This document shows positions 50,803 through 60,680 of a DNA stretch of 64,000 nucleotides, in pieces (within the stretch, counting starts at the first letter, position 1; every line of letters starts with the position of its first letter). A program made the position numbers and the translations under genes. The notes under the pieces were generated by a model. That model was not told the origin of the DNA. It was given only the letters and a program-made list of their open reading frames with translations, and did no database searches. Source of the stretch: Candidatus Poribacteria bacterium (GTDB taxonomy: Bacteria > Poribacteria > WGA-4E > WGA-3G); contig CBDBFU010000003.1 in the NCBI GenBank assembly GCA_965205025.1, positions 1-64,000 on the forward strand, given 5' to 3'.

Positions 50803-51531
50803 ATGGACAAGACAAAACTGCTTTTTAATTCAGTTGCAGTTCTAATTCTAATAATAGTCCTATTTGTATACTTGATTCTAACATTCAAAGTTCCAACGGT
50901 TGATAGTGAATTTAGTTTCGAGAGAATGAACATCAACCGAATAAACTTATTGAAGGTACGGTTGTTGTGGATGATTCCTGTCTTGTGTGCGGCAATAGTC
51001 CTGAGTATTGTGTTGGCGTTTGTTATAGAGGAATGGCTACCAACAACAAATTTAATTCGTAGGATTATTGTTCCTCAAATTGCCATACTGTCAGGTATAC
51101 CATCAATTATCTATGGAATATTTGCTATCTATTATCTTGTATTTAATTTGATTTCCTCCTCGAATACAAGTCTTGCTATTATTGTCATTCTGTTGGTAAT
51201 CCCACTTACAACTTTGTCCGCTCAAAATGCTATTAGAAATGTTGACATATCAATCCGACATGCAGCGTATGCAGTTGGTGCTACGAAATGGCAGGTAATC
51301 TTTGATCATGTATTACCACTTTCACTAATTGAAATCTTGGGTGGTATCTGTCACACAATATCACGAGTACTGTCAGTTGCAGCATTTTGTATATTAGTAT
51401 CAATTATGATGGAATCTCCAATTAATGAACAAACAGTCATAAACATAATATACAATATTGGAATTTTACTTGTGTTGGTATTGTTATTCAGTTTTATATC
51501 AACTTTTCTGAAGAAAAATCCAAATAGATAA
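50803..51531 (+). CDS. Divergent PstA-like permease
   Basis: LSGIPSIIYGIF and HAAYAVGATKWQ..HVLP motifs. Confidence 0.75.
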   Translation: MDKTKLLFNSVAVLILIIVLFVYLILTFKVPTVDSEFSFERMNINRINLLKVRLLWMIPVLCAAIVLSIVLAFVIEEWLPTTNLIRRIIVPQIAILSGIPSIIYGIFAIYYLVFNLISSSNTSLAIIVILLVIPLTTLSAQNAIRNVDISIRHAAYAVGATKWQVIFDHVLPLSLIEILGGICHTISRVLSVAAFCILVSIMMESPINEQTVINIIYNIGILLVLVLLFSFISTFLKKNPNR

Positions 51532-51676
51532 GGAGAGTAGGCATCAGTGTTATTATGCAACTGATGCAGGAACTCAAAAAGAATCAGTCAATTCAACAGT
51601 ATGAATGTCGTTAATGCAATCTCCGTATAGAATTCGTTGGAAATCTGCCTTTACCGGATTATTCAATCAGAATCTT

Positions 51677-51905
51677 ATACCATTTCTATAGATTATTGTC
51701 TAATTAGGCGGTTATTATCGTAGTCATTTTTCAGGTCACAAACTGAATGAGGATTAAGTTTTAAATTCGGTAATTCCCATTTTCCCAAACTTGGTAGGTT
51801 CGGTTTCCTAACCGAACCGAATTTCTAACACATTACCGAATTATTATTTTAATCTTCATAAAGTTTGTGGTACAAAAAAGAGACATTTTCAATTAGAAAT
51901 GGTAT
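51677..51905. mobile_element. Nested composite element with perfect 12-bp TIR ATACCATTTCTA
   Basis: TIRs at 51677-51688 and 51894-51905; inside, a CACAAACT/AGTTTGTG hairpin split by a 113-bp element (51747-51859) homologous to 44826-44939. Confidence 0.8.
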
Positions 51906-51946
51906 TAGGTAAGAATCAACATACAATATTTCCATTGGTATAATCT

Positions 51947-52702
51947 ATGGCACCAATTATACAAGTCAATAATCTAAATGTTTGGTTTGGAAATAGACGT
52001 ATTCTCAGAAATCTATCATTTGATATTGAACCAAAACAGGTAACTGCATTTATAGGTCCTTCAAACTGTGGAAAGACTACAGTAATCCGTTGTCTAAATA
52101 GGTTGAATGATTTACAAGCAAATTATAGACATACAGGCGAAATACTTTTTAATGGTGAGGAATTATATGCTCGAAAAAACAAAACCGCAGACATTGCGCG
52201 AAAAATTAGTATGGTTTTTGAGAAACCTATTCTCTTCAAAAGGTCCATATATGAAAATGTGGCTTATAGCGCGAGGATACGCGGTATTAAACAAGTAAGT
52301 CAAATGAGTAACATTGTTGATGAATGTCTGATGAAGGCACAATTGTGGAATGAAGTTAAGGATAAACTTCACACCGATCCAAACTTTCTATCTATTGGTC
52401 AACAACAACAACTTTGTATTGCTCGTGCATTAGCATGTGATCCGGAAATCCTAATTTTTGATGAACCCTGTGCACAATTAGATGCAACAGAGACTCCCAC
52501 ACTTGAGACAATTATACAAACTCTTAAACAGCAGGTTACAATCATTTTTGTTACAAATAAGAGAAGGCAAGCTGCGCGTGTATCAGATGTAGCAGGTTTT
52601 CTATACAATGGTGAATTAGTAGAAATAGGTAAGACAGAACAGATTTTTACGACACCTACAGATAACCGCACAGAAAACTATGTTACCGGTAGATTAGGTT
52701 AA
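51947..52702 (+). CDS. pstB: Phosphate ABC transporter ATPase, copy 3 (degenerate motifs)
   Basis: GPSNCGKT; LSIGQQQQL; DEPCAQLD; VTNK; TENYVTGRLG C-terminus. Confidence 0.85.
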   Translation: MAPIIQVNNLNVWFGNRRILRNLSFDIEPKQVTAFIGPSNCGKTTVIRCLNRLNDLQANYRHTGEILFNGEELYARKNKTADIARKISMVFEKPILFKRSIYENVAYSARIRGIKQVSQMSNIVDECLMKAQLWNEVKDKLHTDPNFLSIGQQQQLCIARALACDPEILIFDEPCAQLDATETPTLETIIQTLKQQVTIIFVTNKRRQAARVSDVAGFLYNGELVEIGKTEQIFTTPTDNRTENYVTGRLG

Positions 52703-52726
52703 TACATATATTGTTTTGAGGTATAT

Positions 52727-53380
52727 ATGCAAAACCGTCTTGAATCTGAATTAAAAGCACTTCAACACCAACTACTCAATATGGGTGGTATTGCAGAAAA
52801 CATGCTGCAGGACGCTATTCAATCAGTTTTAAATAGAGATGATAGTTTGGCTGAAAGAGTAATCGCTTTAGATGACTCAGTGGATAAACTCGAAAATGAA
52901 ATAGAAGCTAAATGTATACATATAATTGCAAGACACCAACCTGTAGCTTTTGAATTACGTTTCCTTACGATGACACTCAAAGTAAACCAGAATATAGAAA
53001 GGTTAGCGGATAAGTGTGTTTCTATTGCGAGAAGATCTATCGAACTCATAGAATATCCACCTATTCAACCTTTCGTGGATCTTCCATCGGTATGTGGAAT
53101 AATTCAAGAAATGGTTAAAGACTCTCTTGATTCACTTGTGCATCGAGATGCAGAACTTGCTGAGCAACTTCGAGAACGCGATAATGAGGTGGATGAAATC
53201 TATGAACAGACTTTAAGCGATTTGTGTGTGATACTGAGGCGTCATCCTGAAAATATACAAGCAGGTATAAGTATGTTGTTATTATTCAGACATTTAGAAA
53301 GGATAGGGGATCTCGCTGTAAATATCGGTGAGGAGGTGTTTTATCTGGTTAAAGGGGAAGTTTTACGTCACTCAAATTAG
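52727..53380 (+). CDS. phoU: Phosphate signalling complex protein PhoU
   Basis: IARHQPVAFELR, IERLAD and LERIGDLAVNI motifs. Confidence 0.95.
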   Translation: MQNRLESELKALQHQLLNMGGIAENMLQDAIQSVLNRDDSLAERVIALDDSVDKLENEIEAKCIHIIARHQPVAFELRFLTMTLKVNQNIERLADKCVSIARRSIELIEYPPIQPFVDLPSVCGIIQEMVKDSLDSLVHRDAELAEQLRERDNEVDEIYEQTLSDLCVILRRHPENIQAGISMLLLFRHLERIGDLAVNIGEEVFYLVKGEVLRHSN

Positions 53381-53402
53381 ATTGATAAATGACAAAATTC
53401 TT

Positions 53403-54650
53403 TTATCCATCTGATGAATTTTCTTTCTCTTGATAAAAATGAACATCTCGTTGGGGAAATGGGATTTTAATACCATATTTTTTTAGTTTATCCCAAACCA
53501 TAAAATGTAAATCACTGGCAACATCAAACCGCATAAATGAATCAGGAATCCACACAAATAATTCAAAGTCTAATGAAGATTCTCCAAAACTTGTAAACCT
53601 GACAAATGGCACGGTGACATTTTCCATTTTTGGAGAAGGATCTTTTATCACCAATTCATGTTCGGCAGCAGCTTCTAAGAGTGCTTTCTTTACAATTTGT
53701 ACATCCGAACTATATGACACTCCTACCGGAACTCGAACCCGAAAACGGTTATTATAATGTGTGAGATTATGCACTGGTTCTGTAATTAATTTGGAATTAG
53801 GTACAATAATCTCTTTTTCATCAAGAGCCACAATCACAGTTGATCTTAAGTTAATACTACTAACTCTACCAAATATATCCACATCCATTACCTCTACCAA
53901 ATCACCAATTTTTATTGGACGTTCAAAGATCAAAATAAAACCTGAGATTAAGTTCGCAACTGTATTCTGTAGACCGAATCCTATTCCAATACTTAACCCT
54001 CCGAAAACTATCGCTAAACTTGTGAAATTCATACCGATATTTCTTAGACAAATTAGAACTCCGATTGTAATCATTATAAAATGAAAGATTCGAAGGATTA
54101 TAAACTGTGTATGTCGTTCAATTTGAAATGCTTGCAATACTTGGTTCTGTAGAATCCACTGTGTGTATTTAGATAGTATAAACATGCCAAATATAATTGC
54201 AAAGCCGTAGAATATATTGGCTAATGTTAAGGTGGGTTGTTCGGTGTCTGACTTAACAGTATCGGCATCTGTTTCAACATCATCTTCCGATATAGGATCT
54301 TCGACTGCTGGTTTTGAACTATCTTCAGAAGATTTAAAAAGTTTAACAAGATCATATCGAAAAACCTTATCAAATATATCTATAGTAATACCTGAAAATC
54401 TGAATGCAAATCCAATACCGAGAATTAATGTGATGAGAAATAGGATAGCTACAATCCTATTATCTATATTATTAGCAAATTTCAGTTTGGAAATTACACG
54501 CCGAAACGATCTACGTAAAAGTGCAGTCCCAAGTAACCAAACTGCTACAAACCCAATTAATTTAACAATTTGGAATACCTTAACTTCATCATCTAAGGTT
54601 AGGACAGTTATATTCAGTATTTCATTTAATTGGCTTAGCAAATTTTCCAT
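53403..54650 (-). CDS. Small-conductance mechanosensitive channel (MscS family)
   Basis: GIGFGLQ..NLISG, ERPIKIGD, VPNS, FGESSLDF and IPFPQRD motifs. Confidence 0.93.
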   Translation of the reverse strand: MENLLSQLNEILNITVLTLDDEVKVFQIVKLIGFVAVWLLGTALLRRSFRRVISKLKFANNIDNRIVAILFLITLILGIGFAFRFSGITIDIFDKVFRYDLVKLFKSSEDSSKPAVEDPISEDDVETDADTVKSDTEQPTLTLANIFYGFAIIFGMFILSKYTQWILQNQVLQAFQIERHTQFIILRIFHFIMITIGVLICLRNIGMNFTSLAIVFGGLSIGIGFGLQNTVANLISGFILIFERPIKIGDLVEVMDVDIFGRVSSINLRSTVIVALDEKEIIVPNSKLITEPVHNLTHYNNRFRVRVPVGVSYSSDVQIVKKALLEAAAEHELVIKDPSPKMENVTVPFVRFTSFGESSLDFELFVWIPDSFMRFDVASDLHFMVWDKLKKYGIKIPFPQRDVHFYQEKENSSDG

Positions 54651-54822
54651 AATTTAGCTTGGATAATTCCCTCAGACAGAAAATAATTTCTCTGATGTCA
54701 TAAAAATTGCTTCACTGTATTGGCTAACAGCACTTCTATAACTTGGAAATTCACTATAGAAATAACGAATTCAGCATTGAAGATATATCAAGGAATTAAA
54801 GGAATAATGGATGGTATCTATT

Positions 54823-57096
54823 TTAATCGATTGAAATAGACTGTTTTGAGTGGACGAATAATACATCATTCACACCTGCATATCTTTGCAGGATAAGGTC
54901 CAATTCATTAGAATTTAGATCTTCACTTGTTAGACCTACAATGACCAAATCCGCTTGTGCTGATCTATGGGCAACTTCTTCCTCCATAGTTGCCTCATTC
55001 TCATAAGAAACAGAAGTGACATTTTGCATGGATATGGGTAATCTACCTTCCTTGATAACAGTGGATAGATGATCAGTATCGAGTTCAGTATCCCAAGAGT
55101 CAGCACAGGCGAACAGACGTATTTTCGCCTTTTTCCATTCTGGATGACCAACGAGTATATAGGCAAGCAATAGCATCATTGGGACATTTGAGATGTTGTC
55201 ATTTGTAACCCATACATGAATTGATGATCTATAGCCAAAACGATACTTAGTTGACCTAAGGATCAGTACATTGAACAGTGAATCTACTGCCAGAAGAGCT
55301 CCTTGTTGAACTTCATCAATCTCTTCTGGATGCTCTTTATCAAATTCAAGTAATATTGAGTTATTAGGTAGACCTGATATACCGGGCATCTGCATTACAT
55401 GGGACAAAGCAAGTTGGAAATTTGGACAAATGAGTGAATCCACAAAAACACCTGCACCACTTGCTTCCGATTGTTGAATCAATGCCTCAACATGCATTCG
55501 TGCTGATATTTCATCGGTAAACGAATAATCCCCTTGAAAATACTGTATAAATTGTCCGAATCCCTGTCTATGACAAATCCAACGTAATAAATCAAAGTGC
55601 CCGAGACGTCTTTCCCCAAATTGTGTGATTGCAACTATGGAAGGACGCCACCCACTTTCAGATATATTTGCCCGTTCCTTTTGTAATGTTGTTTGCAGCC
55701 ATCGTGTCAATTGAAACATTGCACCTTGAAAAATTCCTGATAAACCACGGTGTTCATCACGACCTCTACGCAATCCTATGTATATCGCCATCATGATTGT
55801 TATAGATATGATTGCAGAGAGAAAACTGATTTGAAACATCATGATACCGCACATTATTGTTCCAAGTAAGGATACATACCATCGAGAATGGAAAGTTGGA
55901 CGATACGAGGGATTCCCCGCAAAATGTTCGAGGAAGGAGACGATACAAAGGGCACCATAGGTTACAAGGAAAAACATAGTCAATATCTTTGCAATGAAGT
56001 TTATTCCACCTATAGCAACGAAGACTACTGCGATAATTCCTGAGACAAAGGTCGCTGGGACAGGATCTTGTTCTTTACCAACACCAAAACGTAGCAATCT
56101 ATTTAGACTTGGGATTGGCATGACATTGTCTCTTGCAAGTGCTTGAAGTGTTCTCGGTGCCACCATAATTGACCCAAGAGCAGAAGATAATGACGCTGCA
56201 CCTAACCCAATGTAAATGACTGGTTCCCACAGAGAGATCTTGCCCATGATAAACTGATCATTAGCAAGGTCGTCTGGTGTGGCATTCCAGCTTAACTTCA
56301 CTGCCACCAGAATATAGACTACCATACCTGCTAAGGTTGCACTAATTGTGCCAAGTGGTATACTCCGCTGAGGATTATTGAGGTCACCAGATAAACCCAG
56401 ACCTGCAATCATACCTGTAAATGCAGGAAAACATGTGGCGAAAACTATACCGAATCTGTCTGGTTCAGAGATAGTTGCAATGATATTCAGTGCCATTGGA
56501 GTCTCGCCTTGTTCAGGTCTACCGAATAAAAATGACAAAAGTGCACCACCCAGAATAATACAAATTGCCCACAGCATTGAAACCCCAATATTCGCTCCTT
56601 TAGTCAGCATGATTATGACTAAAACCACTGTTCCAGGAATACTTAACCAGCGTAGATTAATATCACTCTCAAATTCATAGCGAAATTGAATATAATCAAA
56701 GATAGGGTCAAATGCTTCAGCAAATGCAACCATATAGAAAGCAATTGATATCGCCTGTGAAAGGAATAAGGCTATACCTATGGTTCCACCAATACTGGTA
56801 CCAAAGGATCGACTTACAATATAGTAAGCACCACCCCCTGCAACTCTTCGATTAGTGGCTACTTCTGAAACAGCAAGTACAGTAGGAATTGTTACCAAAT
56901 GACCAAGTACTATAATGGCAAGAGTCTTCAATAAACCGACATTCCCTACGACATAACCGAAACGCAAGAACAATATCGCACCAAGAATCGTACTTATTGA
57001 TGCTAAGAAGACTGGGGCAGTGCCAAACCCATGACCGAATTGAGGGGTATTTCCATTACCTGATGTACTGGTTTGTTGACCTAACTTTGAAATCAT
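54823..57096 (-). CDS. Cation-chloride cotransporter-like (SLC12/APC) permease
   Basis: GAILFLR, GGAYYIVSRSFG, FPAFTGMIAG, GDL..P..SIP and PRTLQALA motifs; WRP-led cytoplasmic domain. Confidence 0.85.
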   Translation of the reverse strand: MISKLGQQTSTSGNGNTPQFGHGFGTAPVFLASISTILGAILFLRFGYVVGNVGLLKTLAIIVLGHLVTIPTVLAVSEVATNRRVAGGGAYYIVSRSFGTSIGGTIGIALFLSQAISIAFYMVAFAEAFDPIFDYIQFRYEFESDINLRWLSIPGTVVLVIIMLTKGANIGVSMLWAICIILGGALLSFLFGRPEQGETPMALNIIATISEPDRFGIVFATCFPAFTGMIAGLGLSGDLNNPQRSIPLGTISATLAGMVVYILVAVKLSWNATPDDLANDQFIMGKISLWEPVIYIGLGAASLSSALGSIMVAPRTLQALARDNVMPIPSLNRLLRFGVGKEQDPVPATFVSGIIAVVFVAIGGINFIAKILTMFFLVTYGALCIVSFLEHFAGNPSYRPTFHSRWYVSLLGTIMCGIMMFQISFLSAIISITIMMAIYIGLRRGRDEHRGLSGIFQGAMFQLTRWLQTTLQKERANISESGWRPSIVAITQFGERRLGHFDLLRWICHRQGFGQFIQYFQGDYSFTDEISARMHVEALIQQSEASGAGVFVDSLICPNFQLALSHVMQMPGISGLPNNSILLEFDKEHPEEIDEVQQGALLAVDSLFNVLILRSTKYRFGYRSSIHVWVTNDNISNVPMMLLLAYILVGHPEWKKAKIRLFACADSWDTELDTDHLSTVIKEGRLPISMQNVTSVSYENEATMEEEVAHRSAQADLVIVGLTSEDLNSNELDLILQRYAGVNDVLFVHSKQSISID

Positions 57097-57218
57097 GGTT
57101 GATATCCTTCTTCGAATGGACTTACTGATATGATTAATCTAAAAATCCTATCTCAACAAACACTACACTAAACAAAGCAGAAGATAGAAAATGATAATCA
57201 ATTATAAATAGTGAAAAA

Positions 57219-57926
57219 TTAGAGTTTAAATCTAAAGATAGTCAGATACTTATGATGTAATTTCTTTGTTAAAGGTTCACTATCGTAACTAAGTGAACCA
57301 CTCAATCGCAACCCTAATCGAGTTGTTAGGTTGAACGTGAGTGCCGGTTCTGCTAAATACTTAAAGTTTTGAAATCCAACTTGCGGGGTGAATTTCATTG
57401 ATATATTCAATTTTCGCCAACCGATTGATGAAAATGCTAACCACCTGAAGGATGTAGGATCAAATTTTCTGACAGTTAGATCTTTATAGGGTTGTATATT
57501 CTCAAGAAAATACCCTAATCCACCAGATATCCTTAATGTTCCTTTTTCATAAATTCCAGGTCGAATATATCCACCTATCTGTACTGTGAGTGCAGTTCCT
57601 TGGGTTATATTCCGTTCTAAATCCGTGAACACCTCAATACCATAAGTCTGGATTCGCATCCCACCCTGGATCCGTCCTTTTGCAATCTCTGTAATTACAC
57701 CCTCTTTACCCGAACCACGGGACCCAAATATTCCTGCCCAACCATTAATTGTCTTAAATGGTACTACTGCTGTTAGAGTGATAGTCTGTAAGGCATCATC
57801 CCCAGCAATACCAATATCTAATGTCTTAGAATCCTGCGGTAAATCGGCAAACTGGCTATATGTTGGTATTACAAAGTAGATCGAGAATAGGACAATAAAA
57901 ATGATTCTAATAACAATCTGATTCAT
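57219..57926 (-). CDS. Putative outer-membrane beta-barrel protein, paralog 1
   Basis: Signal peptide; alternating beta pattern; C-terminus LTIFRFKL. Confidence 0.65.
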   Translation of the reverse strand: MNQIVIRIIFIVLFSIYFVIPTYSQFADLPQDSKTLDIGIAGDDALQTITLTAVVPFKTINGWAGIFGSRGSGKEGVITEIAKGRIQGGMRIQTYGIEVFTDLERNITQGTALTVQIGGYIRPGIYEKGTLRISGGLGYFLENIQPYKDLTVRKFDPTSFRWLAFSSIGWRKLNISMKFTPQVGFQNFKYLAEPALTFNLTTRLGLRLSGSLSYDSEPLTKKLHHKYLTIFRFKL

Positions 57927-58219
57927 ATCCTATATTACATCCAATTATCATTATTCATTCTTATAGAGCATTTATAGTAATACAAGATAGTTAAATGATA
58001 AAGTTGATCTTAAGTTATTCCTTTGTTGATACCATTTTCGATTAAGATACAATCTTGATTGAATAAATAGAATCCTTAGATAAACGGACATATATTACCC
58101 GTTAATATAGCAAATGTCAAGTAAATAGACATAGAAGGGTGTGTAATGTTATGGCTCTATCGGCGTAAATATAAGTATTAGACTCTTTGTTGGAGTAGAT
58201 TCAGATCTTCTCCTCATCT

Positions 58220-58244
58220 GTAAGAGGGAATTCCGATTCCCGAC
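58220..58244 (+). repeat. REP-like hairpin
   Basis: GTAAGAGGGAATTCCGATTCCCGAC; resembles 62982. Confidence 0.55.
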
Positions 58245-58278
58245 TCTTCTGGGGTTTCAAGAACACACATTAAAATAA

Positions 58279-58318
58279 AAAAGTTTGGTACTTCATAACT
58301 ATGAAATACCAAACTTTT
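58279..58318. terminator. Intrinsic terminator hairpin
   Basis: AAAAGTTTGGTA.TTCATA-AC-TATGAA.TACCAAACTTTT downstream of 58420..59172. Confidence 0.65.
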
Positions 58319-58419
58319 ATTTGTTCAACTCAAAATAAGGATAAAATTATCCAATTTACAATGAGTAGGATAAAACTCTATAAGAATTTAGGTAATAATA
58401 CATCTATATACTATATTCA

Positions 58420-59172
58420 CTATAAAGTTATACGTAAAATAGAAAGATAAATATACTGTAAATTGTCTGTTAGGGGTTCACTGTTATAGGTTACAGTTCC
58501 ACTGACACGAAACCCAAAACGATCAGATAGATCGAAGGTTACAGCGGGTTCCGCACAAATCCTGTAGTTTTTAAACCCTATTTCAGGTGTGAAGGTTAAC
58601 TCAGTATTGATCTTATTCCAGTCAAGCGTAGAAGAAACTAACCATCTAAATGCCGTTGGGTCAAATTGTCTAATTTTTAATTCTTCAAATGGTCGTATAG
58701 TTTCTAAAAAGTAACCAAAATTTGCTGAAATACTCAGTGAACCCTTTTTATACTCTCCAGGTTGAATAGTACCACCAACTTGAGCAGTCAATGCACTTCC
58801 ATCCATCAGATTACGTTCAAAATATGAAAATGCTTCTAATTCAAGCTCTTTAACATTTATGATACTTTCAACATGTAACTTTACTATTTCTGAATGTACC
58901 CCATTTTCACCTGAGGAACGAGAACCGAAAAAACCTGCCCAACCATTAATGTTTGTAACCGGTACAACGGCGGTAAGGGTTACGGTCCTATGATTTGAAT
59001 CACCAGTAACACCAATATCAACTGTATTTTGATCCTCAGGTAAATCGGTAAATTGTCCATAAACTGGTAATGAAATAAAAAACAAGAGAAACACAATAAA
59101 CGCAAGTATACTTTTCTTTAAAACACAATCTAATCGGGATAACCCTACTTGTGTTTCTGTTACGTAATGCAT
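58420..59172 (-). CDS. Putative outer-membrane beta-barrel protein, paralog 2
   Basis: Homologous to 57219..57926 (QF.DLP, INGWAG, FDPT.FRWL, EPA.TF). Confidence 0.65.
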   Translation of the reverse strand: MHYVTETQVGLSRLDCVLKKSILAFIVFLLFFISLPVYGQFTDLPEDQNTVDIGVTGDSNHRTVTLTAVVPVTNINGWAGFFGSRSSGENGVHSEIVKLHVESIINVKELELEAFSYFERNLMDGSALTAQVGGTIQPGEYKKGSLSISANFGYFLETIRPFEELKIRQFDPTAFRWLVSSTLDWNKINTELTFTPEIGFKNYRICAEPAVTFDLSDRFGFRVSGTVTYNSEPLTDNLQYIYLSILRITL

Positions 59173-59535
59173 ACAGGGGGTTTGGAAACTTACGGGTTAA
59201 TTCTGAACGCTAAAATAATCGAAAAAATATTCGATTAAAACACCTGCCAAACAGTGAGAAGTCATACCTCCAAGATATAACCTACAAAGTCTAATTGTAT
59301 ATTTGTAATGTAAAATTTAATGTATTCAGAATTATATCAACTTAGACGATGATGATATTCCGACTATTTATTGTTGTTTAACAACGAAATTATTCAGTTA
59401 TGGTTTCTACAAAATTGCATAATTTTTGTAGTAAATTTAATATACCAAAATTATGGAAAATCCCATAAAAATGATTGTGATATTTTACTCTCTAAATTAT
59501 GAAATTTCAAATAAAAATGCAGGAAATTTACCTTT

Positions 59536-59609
59536 ATGTCGCGATTCGGAGATCGCTCCTACAGAAAAAATTACAAATATGTCGCGATTCGGAGATCGCT
59601 CCTACAGAA
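59536..59609 (-). repeat. Two identical 31-bp GTAG-type REP copies in tandem
   Basis: ATGTCGCGATTCGGAGATCGCTCCTACAGAA at 59536 and 59579 (43-bp period). Confidence 0.85.
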
Positions 59610-59673
59610 GATAAATAGTAGAATGTATCTATATTCGACCATTGAATGCATTTGGCATGCGAATTCTATTCTC

Positions 59674-59702
59674 TTGTCACAATACAAAATACATGATAGA
59701 CT
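59674..59702 (+). promoter_or_regulatory. Sigma70-like promoter
   Basis: TTGTCA-17 nt-TAGACT with extended TG. Confidence 0.45.
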
Positions 59703-59738
59703 GATGATGTTTGAGTATCGTATTTGAGGTAGATTTTT

Positions 59739-60668
59739 ATGGAATATAATGAACTTGCAACAAAGAAACCGTTTATAGTAAACAAAAATCTTGGGAGTGC
59801 TGTAGAAGTAGAACCTGAAGAATTAACAGCAACAAATGCTGATGGATTACCTATAATTCTTCCTACCCAAAAACAAAAATACGATTTTGATCGTAAAGGG
59901 TGGCTACTTGTTCCAGAAGTATTATCGAAAGAAGAAATATCTGAAATACAGGCATTTTGTCATGAATCAATAAGTAATGATCAAAATATAACTGAATCCC
60001 AAATTTGTGGTTTAGAAGGACCATTACAAAAATTAGTGGATCATCCCGTTGTTGTTGGATTATTAAATGAATTTCTTGCATATCCCCCTGCTGCCAGTGA
60101 GGAATGTTACGGGTTTCGACTTGAAAAATCTGATGTCATATTCGGAGAGCTAAAGGATGAGAAGCAGAACGACAAGCAAAATTACAATGGAAATGGTCTG
60201 TTTCGTCTACCCGGTGATTCACATATTTATCGATGTGTCCCGGGCAGAGCATGGAGTGGATTGACACGGGTGATATGGGAATTATCCGATGTCAAAGCAG
60301 AGTCTAACGATATTCGGGTCATTACAGGAAGCCACAAGAGTGCTTATGTTTTTCCGCAACACATTCATACAGACAATTCGGCAATCTGGGAGACCTATGA
60401 ATGTCCACCAGGATCTCTTATCCTACTTACTGAATCTATAACTACAAAGCATATTACGACTGCCACAGATCAGAAAGTTGATCGATTACGAATTACGAAT
60501 TTATATAATACAGTGGCAAGCCGTTGGTGTAATTGGTTACCCTCTTCTGAACTACTCGAATCAATGCCACCAAAACGACAATCCCTCTTTAGAGAAACTT
60601 ATGCAGGTGGCAATGTCACCAAGGGACATTTTGGTGATCGTACTTCTGCATATCCAATTAATATCTAA
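59739..60668 (+). CDS. PhyH-like Fe/2-oxoglutarate-fold protein lacking the Fe-binding His residues
   Basis: FDRKGWL and GSHKS motifs; aligned His positions read NYNG and ESITT. Confidence 0.78.
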   Translation: MEYNELATKKPFIVNKNLGSAVEVEPEELTATNADGLPIILPTQKQKYDFDRKGWLLVPEVLSKEEISEIQAFCHESISNDQNITESQICGLEGPLQKLVDHPVVVGLLNEFLAYPPAASEECYGFRLEKSDVIFGELKDEKQNDKQNYNGNGLFRLPGDSHIYRCVPGRAWSGLTRVIWELSDVKAESNDIRVITGSHKSAYVFPQHIHTDNSAIWETYECPPGSLILLTESITTKHITTATDQKVDRLRITNLYNTVASRWCNWLPSSELLESMPPKRQSLFRETYAGGNVTKGHFGDRTSAYPINI

Positions 60669-60680
60669 AATAGGTATAAG

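Noticed and set aside
59536-59609. Possible mini-CRISPR (31-bp direct repeats)
   Set aside because: Only two units, a 12-bp spacer, a GTAG REP structure and no cas genes
59536-59727. 63-aa ORF
   Set aside because: Translation of REP repeats and promoter DNA
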